Shown: positions 36,542 to 51,737 of the stretch, in pieces
How the letters are laid out: every line of letters starts with the position of its first letter
Numbering within the stretch: position 1 is the stretch's first letter
Assembly (NCBI GenBank): GCA_030141605.1
Contig: JAQGDQ010000957.1
Coordinates: 1-64,000, forward strand
DNA length: 64,000 nucleotides
Source of the DNA: Tubiluchus corallicola
Lineage: Eukaryota; Animalia; Priapulida
Reading direction: 5' to 3'
Program-made: the position numbers and the translations under genes
Notes under the pieces: generated by a model
The model's input: only the letters and a program-made list of their open reading frames with translations
Told to the model about the DNA's origin: nothing
The model's database searches: none

Positions 36542-39500
36542 TTAATCAGTAATCATCGGCCATGTAAATTGAAAGACATGAAGCTAGGACCTGAATATGA
36601 TGTATCTACAATCCACTATGACTTGCATATCAGATGTAATTCACATAAGACATCTACAAAAATTACTAATAACATTATAATTGTCATCATCATCATCATC
36701 ATTATCACCATAACCACCACCACCACCATCATCATCATCAATATCAGCATCCCAAATATCAAGAGTAATTTATTCCTAGAGTTTCTTATAGAAGTTTATC
36801 ATCAATTACAGCAGAGAATGTAACATCCAATGCACTTAAACATATAGTAATAGGCACTAGCGTGTTTACCATCAATTGGGAGAGCATTGGGAACACAACA
36901 ATCTCCAGATTCAAATTTCGCTTGTTTTTCATGATAGGAATTAAGGAATCAGCTTACACTAGCTACACAATATTTTTATTTTAACAAAAAGTATATCGTT
37001 ACATACACGCACGCGCACGCGCTCACGCACGCACGTACGCGCGCACACACAAAATTGTATTTCTGTGTTTTCATTTGAAAACGTGTTTTGTAATTTTGTT
37101 GTGTAGCCGGTTAAAAAACCTTGTGATTTTTAGGTTTTTTCATCGTAACTAAAAATTTGATGCAAGCTTTATAAAATTATAAAGTAGAAAGCCCCGCAAA
37201 AACTTTATAATAAAAGCTATCTTTTTGAAACTTGCAGCCAACTTAATCATGTTTCAGCAAAATCATATACGTCTAAGAAGCATTAATAATATGTAATAGA
37301 GGTTAGAGAGAGAGAGAGAGAGAGATGTTTGCCATATGACCCGTCTGTACGCTTTACATTAAGCTCTGGCCCAACCCATGCAATTCATTTAAAACATAAT
37401 GTCATGCACCATGCGTGCGCTTAACGAGTATTACTCAGTAATCAATAATTGTGTCGGTCTTTTGTGTGCCTATAATTTAAAGTCAACAGAAATTTTAATT
37501 CGCTACCGCGCGTGTCATCGTAAGTTAACAATTTGCGCATGCGCCCTGAGCTCACTGAATTTACAGCCCGGCGTAGCGTTAGGGTTTCGTGTCAGTGCGA
37601 ATAAGCCTATGTGGGATAATCTTGCTTCTTTACGAGTTTCTGTATTGCTTTAGAGTAATAAAACCAGAATTAGATGGGTTACGTGTGGCTACAAATTAGA
37701 AGCCACTGGTGGTAATAAAATGAAGAATGTGGACTTCTAACGCGCTGTGATGTAGCTTAAGCACCTGCTAGAGATAATAATATGCAAAATCAACACTACC
37801 TGTGTCTATCTGCTATTTTAAAGAGCCATGGCTTTGCGGAACGGATAAAGGTGAAGAGGTAGTATGTTTTTTGGTGAGTATGATTTCATTTAACAAAGAT
37901 ATCACACGTTTAACATAGGAATCATACGTTGAATTCTTCAGCAACAAACCAATGCTGCTTCATTTCAGAAATTAGCTAAGTTAAATCTATACTTATTTTT
38001 GGCACCACTGCGCTAAAGCCTTATAATGGTATAATTAGGTCTCATTTATATGTGGTCATAAAGAGGAATGTTCGTAAGCCCTATGCGTATACATATTAAC
38101 GGGAACATGACGAACCGTACGATAACTTAAAAAAAGAAAAAAATGATCGTCGCAGCGCCCGAACTTTGTGCATCTTACAAATGTAGAAATTGATCTATTG
38201 AACTGATGGAACAAACCCAGAATTATTAAAATTATGAAAGCAGGAAGTGCAAAAAAACTGGAACACGGCCTGGATTTGAAACAGTGACTTTTTGCTCACA
38301 AGGTAGTTGAATTGTGCGTTTAAACTGTACCATATTAACAGATTTGCAGCTTAAATCTTAACCATTATATTTCATTAATTAAACACCGAAATGACTGAAT
38401 TTCAGTTTTTTAATGAATAAATAAAATTAATTTTAGTTGTTTTGCAATGTATTATTGTAAGGTTTCGGATGGTTAAAGGTTTTAGACCAAGCTTCATAAG
38501 TGATGCAAAAGCTGCACTAATTATTTTCCAAATTACGTTTACTCGTCTTTCAGACGTTAACTGCTTCTTACATTTAATGTCAATCTTGTTTTTGAATGAC
38601 CATCAGAAGGAGTTTTAAGAATGATGCTTAGAGTGGGAACAACTGAAGCTAATTTAGCCAATTTCGAGAGTCAAGAACTGCAAGATGACTAGCATATTTC
38701 CCAAAGGACGCTCACGATTGCAGCAAAAGATTAGTGCAATTTCTATCGGATTTGAAAAATGCTGCCCAGAATGGAAAATCCGGAAATCATTTTAATTCAA
38801 TTCAATTTTATTGCACAAATACAATAAACTACCACGGCAAAATTTACAGTTACAAAAAAAGTACAAGAACAAATAGAAAATACAGCAACTACAATTATGC
38901 AATGTTGCAAAAACATAAGTTTGTACAAGTTATTTACATACTTAAATAGCCTACTTGAATCTAATAAGAAATTATGTGCTTTAATGAAATCATTTTTTAT
39001 GATACAACTACAAAGAACTAATAAAAATGAAAATAATAATAATAATAACTTGGAGTAGGTTATACTAAGGTTCAGTGAGTTAAAATAGCAGACCGGGTTT
39101 CTCTTCTGTAATTCTAGCATGCTTTTAGCTCATATGTAATTGGATATCCAGAGAAACATTTTTGTTTTAATTTTACGGAGATTTTGTTACTAATAATGAG
39201 AAAACAACCAAAACGACGATTGTGCAATTTTATTTGTTTATAACGATAAAAACGTTTTGGTGTTTGAAACAAATTATTGTAAATTGTAAATACAACTTGC
39301 ATCACAAATATTTGAAACGTTGTTGGCTGTATTAATGAAAATAACTGTAAAGAAGTTCAGGCATAAATTGAAAAGCTTTATTTTTCGGAATCGTAATCAC
39401 CTGCTGAAATGACAGCTGACTGTCAAGGGTTACCTTTTTTATTTAGACAGTGGGAATTTTTCATTAGGTCAGAGAGGTGGCTTGTTGACTTTTGCGTAAT

Positions 39501-39817
39501 ATGTAAACAAAATAAAGATGTGACATAAGGCAATCCATGCTAAAATTTATTACACCACGATGACGAATGAAGCAGACTAAATAAACATGAAACCGTCTGG
39601 AAACGTTTATAGTCATGTGTGAAGCCACGAAGGTCATTAGAAGATGTGTGAAGCCCTCTAAAAAACGTGAAGTATTTGAAAACGTAAATGAAGAGGATTG
39701 AAGCCACGTGAAGGCGTTTGATGCTATTCGTCGCTCCCTCTACTGAGAGAGGACCTTGATGCCATCCGAACCCGAGCCAAAAAAAGACTAATTATGTGTA
39801 AAACTCTAAAAGCCGTC

Positions 39818-39964
39818 TCATAAAGTCCACAAAATTGCTCTACAGTATCAAAGTCTAGTTTCACGAAAATTCGCTGTTACACACTATTGTTGAATGTTTG
39901 AAATCAAAAGCTTTTAGCAGAAAATAAACTTTGAGACTGTAGAACAATTTTATGAACGTTATGA
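39818..39964. repeat. Short foldback with imperfect inverted arms of about 45 bp
   Basis: TCATAAAGTCCACAAAATTGCTCTACAGTATCAAAGT versus ACTTTGAGACTGTAGAACAATTTTATGAACGTTATGA. Confidence 0.6.
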
Positions 39965-40250
39965 AATGCTAAGTCTCAGGAGAGAACTCGCGCACACAGA
40001 GAATCTATAGACATCCTCTGAATATAGCATGGAAATTCTTAGTAGCCAGCAAAAGACATAGGTTATCACAAATATATCACAATAATAAAAAACTTTTTAC
40101 GCTATTTAACATTCAGATGTGGCTTTAAAAGAAACCAGGATGATTTTCCTTATCCTACCCCACTTTGAAGCATGCTAAAAACGATACATTTTAACGCCTA
40201 TGATAATGCCAAAATGTTTCTGATAATTAAGTAATGGGTTAAAAATTTAG

Positions 40251-40650
40251 TTAACGGCCGGCGATCCCAGTTAGCGATAACTGAACATAATTTTTAACAG
40301 CACAAACATCCATGTGCGTGTTCCATGTGTTTGTGAAAGCGAAAACTCAAGTGCAGTGTTATCGTACAACATTCAGTGTGATATACAGAAACACGTTTTA
40401 AGTTTAAAAACCTAAATTTAAAATTTACCGTTATGGTCATGCATGAACATGAATGTGTATACTACTACGTCACAGCTGAACACATCTGAACCGGTAGGTA
40501 CGTACAGCGCCTGTTTTTTGAGCAACGCTATGAAGAAATGCAAGCGCGAGTACCCGTCTGACTAGCGAATAGCGAAATGCATGTAACAGCGAAGAATTGG
40601 CCGCGCGAATTAGGTTTCCCCGGTAATAATTCTTTCATGTAAGTTATTTT
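40251..40650 (+). mobile_element. Copy of the repeat family at 18640-19046 and 63622-64000
   Basis: Colinear similarity by eye. Confidence 0.65.
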
Positions 40651-43054
40651 CTAATATTTTGTAAATTACATTGTTTGCCTTACAAGGTCTTTAATTACAT
40701 TGCTAAGATTGCTGCCGTTGTTAATAATTGTTTATGATGGATTTTGATTTGTGTCTTGACTGTATTATAAATACTCTTTCTTTGTGGATGTTTCTAGAAT
40801 TATTACTATGACCGTCGTAATGTCTTCGCCTTAGTATTTGAAATCGTTCCTTATTGTCAGATAATGACTGATAGAGAGCAGCTGAAAGCAGCTGAAACGG
40901 TGTTTTTATAAAAAAAAACGTTAAGAACTTTTTTCTTCTGTGAGATAGTCTCAGATATACCTACAATGACTTTCGTAAGTCACCACTTTTTCTTTTACAC
41001 CGAATGCTGCCATAGATCAATGCTTTGTCCAGTTCCACAGTCCACAGAAGTCCGGCTGCTAAATCGCTTTATAAACGTCTTCGTTCTGCGAAACGAAATT
41101 GTTAGAGTTGGACGAAATTCGATAAGACGACAATTATTTTGTAACGACAAGTAATGTCTAGGTTATGATTTCACGAGTGACGTCATCGCAAGTACTTCTT
41201 CCTTTTGACCGGCTGGCTAAATTAGTCGAACGAGAATCATTCGAATTCCATCTAGGAGTTATTATTATGCAACCAGATGCTACGCGAGGCATTAAATAGT
41301 CGTGGTAAGTGAGCGCCACTGAGTCAACAAGATTGCTTTTAGTCTAACAGTATTTTAGATGGAGTGTGTAAGTACAGACGTGTAAAATGGCATAAAAAGA
41401 CCCTGACTATTATGGGCCTGATAAGTTATTTGTCAAGTGTGATGGCAGCGCAGTAAGTAAACTATATAGAATATCACATTTGGTGTAATATAACGATTTA
41501 TTAGTATGACTTTGAATATGTCGACCATACTATTCTTCGGCATGATATGAAGTGAAAAGAAGCTAGAGAGTTATTCATGTTAGAGGTTTGTGAAAAATCT
41601 ATACGGCAGTGCAGCAAAGTGAATCCTATTAAAGGCGTGCACATAAAATTGCAATTCAAAGTTTTATAAGAATATTAATCTTCTTCCGTACGAGATCATT
41701 ATTTTAAATAATAACTTAGCCGTGTGCTTTTCAATCAAGTTTTCATAAAGAAGAACCATCTGGCAGTAGGCCTATCTGCAAGATTGTACCACTCGGGAGC
41801 TACAATCATTTGCAGTTCATTCAAAAAACACATAATGTCAGAAAAACGCTTGTTTTTACAAATAAACACTAAACACAACAAATCAGAGGCATTTCGGCTT
41901 GATGGATATTGCAATATAGGCCAAAAAACAAGAGTATAACGAGACTGCAAGAGATAGCTCCTTTCCTAATAAAAGTAATTTTGCAGAGAAGCATAAAAGG
42001 GAATACTAAAGCATCACATTTTACGCTTGCTTAGTAGACAAATGCTTGCACCTTGTGCCAGTTCTAAAACAAGAAAAAAGGCGAGTTTTATTGAGTACCA
42101 GTTAAATCTTTGTTACAGTTTTATCTGATCTCATCATTAAATTTTCGAGTTTTGTCTCATTTCAGAATTATGATTTGTAGAAAAAAGGGAATTGGAAGGA
42201 ACTAGACATTTATTGTCATTTGTCAAGGAAAAGCTAGCAGGTGTATGAAACAAAACAGCCAATATATAAACCGTTATTGCATACTTTCTGAACGCTGAAC
42301 ACTTGAATACTATATTTATTAGAGGCTTCAAGCGTTCAATTTGTAGAAAACCGTATTTCAATGAACAGCACTTATTTGTATTCTGTCCAACTCTAAACCG
42401 ACATTGTATTGTCAACACAATTCGGACACAGTGCTGAAAAATCGAACGCCAGGCCAATAATTGCACTGCACGGACTACAGTTTCCTAGGTTTCTAACGTT
42501 TTCCTCTCCCATCGTCACTAGCTCCAAGTAATAGCATAGGAAGCCTGGGCTAAGGATAAGACAGTTATTAGTCTCTAATAGGCCTTAATGATATATCAAG
42601 TATATATATGAGACGGTGGGAGCTTGAATGGTAGTCAATTTGCACAGCAAATGCTGGTTATTGGCTTCAACGATCGATCATGGGCCCAGTGCACACAGAC
42701 TCGTGGAAACTTATATGAATCCAATTATTCGACAGATTGGAATAACAGAGAGAAGAAAATTTTCAGACAGTTTGTATATGAAGACATGTCACAACGGTTT
42801 GGGGGAGCACAATAGAAATGGCTACGACATGTCACAACGGTTTGCAAGATTGTAAGAGAATCAAACGCGCGCTGGAAGCGTTGATAAGAAATTAATTCTA
42901 ATGATTCTTCTCTGTGTGTTAAATACTGCATCTCAAGGTTGGTGAGAGAATAATGACGAAATAAGAAGAGGTAGGCATCATGGAAGTTAACAGCAATTAA
43001 CAGGAATTTAAAAGAGTGGAAGCGAACAGAGACTAGCGGTAAGCTCAGAGAAAG

Positions 43055-43312
<258 letters not shown>

Positions 43313-43846
43313 TGTTAGCCTTTCCTTGTGGATTCCTATTTTATGACGATATTAGTCAGCAGAAAAGCCAATACAAGAAAATTAATAAAGGAAGCCAAAT
43401 TATCCAACGCGATGACGTAACATTTTTCAAATAACAAACTTCGTCAATATGGCTTCACATTTATTAGTGCTTTCTAAGCGGCGGCTTATGAGAACTTGCA
43501 CAAGCCGTATAGGTTGGCTTCAAAACGTTTGACAAAAATACACGTCTTTTTAATCAGTGAAAATCAGAAAAACATCCAGCGTTGTAGGTGAAGGAAGACT
43601 TAATTCTGTTCTTGAACTAGTCCTACCTTCCTCAGCCTGTTTTATCTGCATTTTTGAATTTATAATCTATAACGCTTCACCAATGATTGTAAAATGTATT
43701 TAAAGTTATGCTTGACTCATGTCAGCATAAAAATGTACGTATAAGAGCAACGTACATTGTATAATTTCGGAGCTGTAGATCTAGTTTAGTTCAACCACCA
43801 TAAAGTACATTCTCAAACATCAAATTTGCAGACATAGAAATACTAA

Positions 43847-43877
<31 letters not shown>

Positions 43878-43990
43878 ATACATAATTTAACTGGTTTCTC
43901 TCTACTGTCAAAATAGTCAAATTAGGTGGCCGAGATTGATTGTGTATTACTAGGTTGCGATTTCAGGTCTATTCTGGTACGTGTATATTT

Positions 43991-44060
43991 GGCTGATAGC
44001 TCAAATGGAAACGAATGCGGCTTACAATGACAAAGTTCTCGGTTCAAATCTTGGTTAGTT
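43991..44060 (+). pseudogene. tRNA-like sequence (possibly Val-TAC-derived) inside a repeat; second copy at about 45721-45800
   Basis: A-box-like TAGCTCAAATGG, loop CTTACAA and B-box-like GGTTCAAATC. The anticodon stem does not pair. Confidence 0.55.
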
Positions 44061-46910
44061 GTTAGTTTTTCAGCTTCCTCAATTAACTAGTCGTTAGGTT
44101 AAATATTGTTTACGTATAAACCACGGAGTTTATTAATTCTTGCTTGAACCAGTTTAAAATTCTGTTATTATTAGCATAATAGTACGCTACTTATAGCGCA
44201 CTGTACTTGTATTCTGAATGTATTTTATGTGTCATGTTGACAAGATGCAGAGCAGTAGCAGCTGGCATTCACACATGACGCTGTCACACATTTCTTTTAC
44301 GTTGGAGCAGCACTAATTATAATTCCTTGCACGCAGGCTTGACGAAAGACACACAACATCATGGCGATGAATAATCCCAGCGTATTATATTGATTCGACA
44401 GTAAAGCGTTAACACACACTCAAGTAATTCTCCTTGTATTGCTACATGAAACCACTAACTAGAACAGCAATCATACGAAAGCGATTATGCCCACAATCTT
44501 TTAAAGCACAAGAAAACCCTCCATAAGCATAAAGCTTAAAAAATCGTCTTGAAATTTTATATCACTTACATACTGCCTTTTTACATACAGGATATCAATG
44601 GGTAACGCTGTATAGAACATATAAATTTAAACTCCCGCGATGACCGTTAGACGCAGTCATTTTGACCGCAGGTCATTTGAAAAAGTTTATATAACATTGT
44701 GTAAACTTTGAAAAAATAATCAGAGCATTCGTAGCGCACACGTCACTAACTGAGTAAAATTTTAAATGACTGTATCTTGTCAATAAGATTAAAAATGTGT
44801 TGTTTTTTTTTGTTTAGTGAGTGGCGCACCCTGTAGGGTGAGTCAGCGACTTTACCAATTGGTGAAAATATTTTAAATAATTAAATATTTTCTTTTCTAG
44901 TTACTAATGTAGGTAAGCGAAAAGCTAAGTAATATAGATTTGCATGGAAACTTTCTTGGGACATAATTAAACATTGCCTTTTCTTCCCCTGATTTACGTT
45001 TGCGTAGTGACGTCATGTAATACTGACCTCGGAACTGTATTGCGGAAGATTTAAAATGAAAGCAAAAAAAATTCCCTTCAGTGCGAGTACAAAATATGCA
45101 TAAAATCACTGTAAAGTAATATAATTTTTAAAGCAATTTTTCTGAAACCTACTTCAAGTATCCCTTTTCTTGTCCTGAGAATTCTTAAAAATAACCGTCC
45201 TGATGTGTTTGCAAGAGATTTTTTAAATTATAATTTGTTGTTATAAATCAAGCATTTCGTAATAGCAAAATATGTCAACTGTGTAAGTTTATATCATAAT
45301 AATAATGTGCAAGGCGGGAAAACAACTGCATTAGAAACATACAACATGTGTTCTTAAGAATTTGACAACGTTTGACAAGAATGTGACTAAAAAACAGAAA
45401 TGTATTGTATTGTGTGATCGTAATACACTTGACCTTTAAGATTATGTAAATAGAAATTTATTTATTTATAGTAACTCTTTTTTGTTACACTTTCCATTAA
45501 AAATAGTTGTTCTTAATGTAATTTACATTTCTAAAAACACCTTTAAAAATAATCTTGGCAATCTTAGCAGTCACTATACGCGTAAAATTTATTAAAACAC
45601 GTAAGTGGTGATAATAGTCTCAGCACAGGAACAAACTAGACCAGGGAAAAAGCTTGAATATGAAATATAACTTATTATATTTCGCTCTAGGATAAGGTTT
45701 CAGGTTTATTCTGTTATATTGGGTTGATAGCTCAAATAGCTCAAATGGAAAAGTATGCGACTTACAATGACAAAGTTCTAGGCTCAAATATTGGTTAATT
45801 CATAATTACTTAATGAATAAAGTTTTGGTTGTCTCTTGTCAGCATAAAAATGCATGTATAAGAGCTATATATATTGTATAATTTCGGGTTGTATATAAAC
45901 TTTAAACTTTATACTATATATATATATATATATATATATAGTAAGATTCCTTTGCTGAATAATATATCTTTTTATTACTTTTTTAAAGTACGAAAGCTTT
46001 TTAAGGCATGTAATTTTGTTCAATTGTATAATTATCGTGTGTTGACTTGCTCAGACATTGAAGCGCCTACGATCAGCGATGAGTTTGCTCGGTTGAATAT
46101 GAAGTAAGTTAAGTTACTATGCACCTTAGACAATGTAATTATTATGGTATTATACACTTTAGACTATTTTAGACTATGTATCTTAGTTCTAAGGGTTCTG
46201 TGAATGATATGGGCCTTGGTAAGAGTTCGGCATACACTTCAAAGAGTAGAATTTTCAAGGCCTAATGAGTAGGCCTATTTGTTAACCCACCGTGGACCAT
46301 TTGTACTTTGGATCAACGTTTTTATGTCACTTCCGTTTCCGGTACACGTAGTTTTTGCGGGTAGAACGACCAACGCTGAGGACAAAACAGGCTTAATAAT
46401 TTACGACTAATTTTAATACACAGCAAAATGTTATATGACAGATGAGGTGTTAATATTTTGTCGTTGCACAAAAAATACATAATTGTGAACGCGCCTTAAT
46501 AACAGCAGCAATAGATAACACCGCGTCACTTCAAACATGCAATCTCCCAGTGAGTTTTGCTTTTAAAAGCCTCTTAATAAAGTTACAGACTATAGGAGAA
46601 ACATGTTCAATAGAAATGGACATTATGACTTTAAGATGAGCTCAAGGCGAGAAAATAACTCAATTCCGAAGCGGTTTAGCGAAGACAAAAATCCAATAAT
46701 CGTATTTGCTTTGGCTTCTTGCTTCGACTGTTCTGCTGCTTCAAATCTAATGCATAATTTACGATCATTCGAATAACAGCTGTAAAACTGGATTACATCG
46801 TAAAATAATAAATACGACGTTCAGGAATTTTTGTTATAGGATAAGTGTAGCACTCAAGAGCTGGCTTTGAAGGGCAGTGGGTATTAGTTTTTTATCGTGA
46901 AAAATAAAAA

Positions 46911-47215
46911 AAGTTTATAGTTAAAAACAACACAACTTTATTAAAACTTTTACTTTAAAAAGTTAAAATCCTGTCAAACGTTTCGACTAGCTGCTGTTGT
47001 CATCATCAGTAGTAAATTTATTAACGTGCAATCAGTCTATATAGGCAGAGCCTATTATGCACGAATTAAGTAGTTAACAGAAGCCAAATAAATGCGCAGA
47101 CCAGGAAGGAAATTGATACAGTAACTTGAGCACTAATTATGTACTTACAAAAGCCAAATAGGTAATGATTAAGCAGACCAGTAGAAAAGAAATTGATACA
47201 ATAACAAATAGCTAA
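46911..47215 (-). mobile_element. Uninterrupted copy of the Penelope-like remnant (hammerhead core; empty SINE site)
   Basis: Colinear with 19972-20159 plus 20703-20875. Confidence 0.65.
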
Positions 47216-47739
47216 CTGATTGAAAATAGAGTTAAAGAAATTGAACTGTTTTGTACATTAAGAGAAGGCTTATTAGGTTACATAGATAAAATTTCTTTTA
47301 TTAATAAGTTCTAGTTATTTGTAGCTCTGGTCACAATGCTGAAATTATTAAAATCAGCTTTGTGGTCAGAGGCACAAAAAAGGCACAATAAAAATGCCTT
47401 TGTACAGTAGACTTTATCAGTTTCTTAAAAATGAAAAATGTTACTTGTACTAAGCATACGTTATATAAATACACTTGACATTTCTGGGTAATATGTAGGC
47501 TATCCTATAATGTCTGCAGACTAACGGTACAGGCACTTCCGAAAATGAGCTATAGTTACGCATTTCTTCTCAATGCCTCTATACCAATAGAATATAATAT
47601 TGCTGCGCCTATACTATTCAGACACCACGTACGAATAGGCTGCTTAACAATGATACAGTACTATATATTTCTTGTTTTTAGTCTGTTTTGCCAAATTTTT
47701 GAAATTTTTGTACGCGTGTTGTGTGTTTCTTGTTAACAC

Positions 47740-47880
47740 GCCGTTAGATATAAAAAAGACAGAGAAATGGGAGGTTGCTGGTGACAGGAAGACATGGACT
47801 AAAGGGATTGCAAGAGTCATGCCAGTAACTCCATAACGAAGACGATACAACTGGTCAAAAGTCAAGCGGTACAACTTACC
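47740..47880 (+). mobile_element. Possible short RTE LINE 3' fragment
   Basis: Reads EKWEVAGDRKTWTKGIARV-, resembling the W..A.DR..W motif at RTE ORF ends. Confidence 0.4.
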
Positions 47881-48290
47881 TCAGTTTCACAAAACCTAAT
47901 TTTTTATGTACTGTAACAGTAGCAGCGATAATAGTAAAAAAATTTATTTGCTTTTAAAAATACCGACAATCAGGAGAGTCGGCGCTAATTCATGCTAGCA
48001 CATAATTAATTAAATAATAAAAAATATTATGACATTACAAATTTGTGACAAACAAAGCCATTTGTAAGACAATTGTGTTGAAGCATTACAGGAGGCTTGT
48101 TTATAAAAGTTATTTCTAAAACAAAAATTAGAGCTTTTTTAGTGTTTTTGTTCCAACAAATACGGCGTAACATTTAAGAAATATTATGCACTTATAGTGA
48201 AATACAAAAAGTAATCTTGGATTTCTATGGTTTAATTTCTGTGCTCCTATTTACTTTTTCTCTTGACAATAAAAACTTTGATTCAGTCCT

Positions 48291-48668
<378 letters not shown>

Positions 48669-49060
48669 CATAAAATTTATATAGCGTTCAAATATATAAA
48701 AATACTCAGTTGCGATTTACAACCAAAGATTTTACAAAAACCTAAAATAAATCATAAAACTATACACGCTATAACTTCATGAAGAAAAACTTTTAAAAAT
48801 TTAAATTAAAAAATCAATATAAAACCTAGTTAGCAAAACGCAGGCAAAATTAATTTCCAGTTCAATTCCATATTCTAATTTAAAAAGACGTGTCTTGATC
48901 AATTTTTTAAATGGAATAATGTACGACTAATTATATTATGAACGGTACTAATGTTCATTGGAAGGCGTTATATATTCCAAACAGTAGAAGCGGCGTGGGA
49001 AAAGGCACGTAAAGTTTTTCTTATAACTTTACGTGCAGATATTATAGATACTTCTCTATT
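48669..49060 (-). mobile_element. L2-clade LINE 3' fragment
   Basis: Minus strand reads RAFSHAASTVWN...LP...FKKLIKTRLF; 3' end TTGTAAATCGC...CGCTATATAAAT. Confidence 0.7.
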
Positions 49061-50545
49061 TTCTTCTAGATGTCTCAGCAGCTTTTCAGCTGGCTTCATT
49101 GCAAATCTGTTTTCATGACTGCAATTAAGCCAGTTGTGTGGCTTCGTAAATATTTCACTGGGTTAAATTACAATGTCAGTTTGGCATGAATAATTAACTA
49201 ACTGCAGAGCGCTTCCGTACTGACAACATCGCTGAAGATGTTCCTTCTGGAGGAATTTAATGCCGAGAATTGCTTTGATAAATCGACTGAAATTGAAAAA
49301 AGTAGGTCTCATTTATAGATTTTATTGGCTAGCGCAGCAAATGGTTTGCAAATTTAGATGTTTAAAATTCAACAGGAATTCCTAATGGATTCTCGAAAAC
49401 ATAATGATGGAGTAAACAGGCAAAAACTTCTTAGCGGCAATTGCTGCACAAATCAGCAGATCTTGGCGAAGTCTGAACTAATCACAGATGCAAGCGTCTG
49501 TCGTACGCCTACAGATAGAATTCGTTTAAGGCTTGAAGAGAATTAAACCTTGATTAGATCGATAAATGGTTAATTGAATCAGTGAATAGTCCAAATAATT
49601 ACTTCGGAGCCGGCTATACTCCACTAGAATGTCAATTAACTTGTGGTTTCTGAAACTTGTAATACTTTAAACCCACTGATATAATTTTGTAAGTGAAACA
49701 CCTGCACCACCGCCCACAGCAAAGTTAATTTCCTCGGGTATTATCTTTACAAGCCAGTGAGTCTAGAGATTGTGGCCTTTATTTGTGGCGATGATAAGTT
49801 TGGATTACTGACTGACTTTACCGAGATTCCTTTGTTGAAAATTTGCATTATAATAGCCGATAGTGATAAATGAGAGTCGTCATCGGACGGAAGCAGTTTT
49901 CCGCACAATTAGAAAAGCAAATTATTCGGGAGAAACGATTTTAGACGCCCTTGTCCACTGAAAATGGACGTATGTGTGAAATTATGGACATGGAGCGTGT
50001 GTAACTCTTGAGTGTGATTTCTCTTGCTTTTATAGCATCTGTTAAACAAAAATAGAGAAAACTCTGAATTTCTATATTCTACTATTGAATTGATTTGATA
50101 CGCTACACCCAACGGAGCAACAGCGAAAGGTTATCAAAGCTTATTAGTTATGTTAACTACCTCCTGATTTCATTACTGACGTGCATCTAGTCTTGATTTC
50201 TAGCAGTTAGGTAACTGAAACTTATTCACCGTCTGTTAGCAAAGTAGAATAAAATTTCATGTAGAACTTTCGACGACATACTTTGTCTCTTCTATAAACT
50301 ATCAGTCCGTACATTTGAACATCTCAATTTTAAACTAGTTGGTTTGATTTGAGTTAGTTTCACGGCACACGTGTTTTCAACGTTTCTTCTTATAATATCA
50401 ATTATTCTCATTTCTGTGTAACAAAGTATTATTAGTTTCTTATCACCTGTATTTATCTTTATGCACTTATTTTATTGTCGATGAAGACTAGCACAAATGC
50501 TAATGTTTGTCGTTGTAAAAACCGACTTTAATGTTTGTTTGTTTG

Positions 50546-50677
50546 CATGTATGTATGTATGTATGTATGTATGTATGTATGTATGTATGTATGTATGTAT
50601 GTATGTATGTATGTATGTATGTATGTATGTATGTATGTATGTATGTATGTATGGGAGTATGTATGTATGTATGTATA
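50546..50677. repeat. (TATG)n microsatellite
   Basis: Seen directly in the sequence. Confidence 0.95.
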
Positions 50678-51256
50678 TCTGCAGTTACAGAAATATGTAG
50701 TTGACAAACATAATTTAAGCCTACATGTTTTTATATAGTGCGGCCCATTGCAAGTCAGAAACCAGCACTTAGCAGCAGGGTCTACTAGTAATGTTAAATG
50801 GCTATGGCAAGACCAGGACCTAGGTTGTTAGCAAAAATATTTTTAAGATCATTGAGTCGACAGCAGTGTGTTAGTTATGTTTGCAGCTGTGCACCTTCCC
50901 TATCAGTAGAGAAATTGCTAGCGGCAGTACACGATATGAAAACACCAAGAAGCAGTCTTTTTTCGCCAACCTTTATTTACCAGGCCCCGGGCTGCTTAAC
51001 TTCATAGTCAACCGCGATCCACCCTTTCTCCGTCATATATAGGCTGTATGTATCGTCAAACTTGGAGTAAAGAATTATGGTGCGAACTGAATCATATAGT
51101 CATAGGAATAAATATTTTCTTTCATGTAGCTAGTTCTATGTGTTCCGGTGGATTTTTCGTTACATGTTGTCTGTCAATTTATACGAGTTTTTTAATGAAA
51201 ACTCAATTTTTGAGCAATATTAACACTGCTTAAATAGTGAGGAGTGTACAGCAATA

Positions 51257-51737
51257 CAGTAAACTCTACATAACTCAAATCCGACCGGATCGAAAAAAAT
51301 GAGTTAGGCGATGTTGAGCAATTCTCAGCATAGAAACTCTAAACCCCTCCTCCAAACGTCGAGCTAAAAAGAAGGCAGAAAGTCAACCCTTCAATACATA
51401 AACGACGAGATTTGATGACAATCTGCATAAAGAATAACAAATTATGTAGTCAAACACGATTTTTTTACGTTACACAAAGACACGTACACAACATTGTTAA
51501 ACAACATGACAGTGGGGCTATTAATCCCGGAGAAAATAATCGGGAGGGCGCGATTTATAAGACATCAGAATTTTCCCGGAAGACGATACTGCTTTTGAGT
51601 TGTACGAAACTTTTTCTTTTTCAAGAGTGTAAATTGCATTTATGCGTTAGGCAAAGTAAATTACATTTATTTTGATTAAATGGGCCATAGTTCATTATTT
51701 GAGTTAGGCGAAATTTTGAGTTACCCGGAGTTTACTG
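51257..51737. mobile_element. Tc1/mariner (pogo/Tigger-like) MITE
   Basis: TIRs CAGTAAACTC....TAACTCAAA / TTTGAGTTA....GAGTTTACTG, with TA on both sides. Confidence 0.85.
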
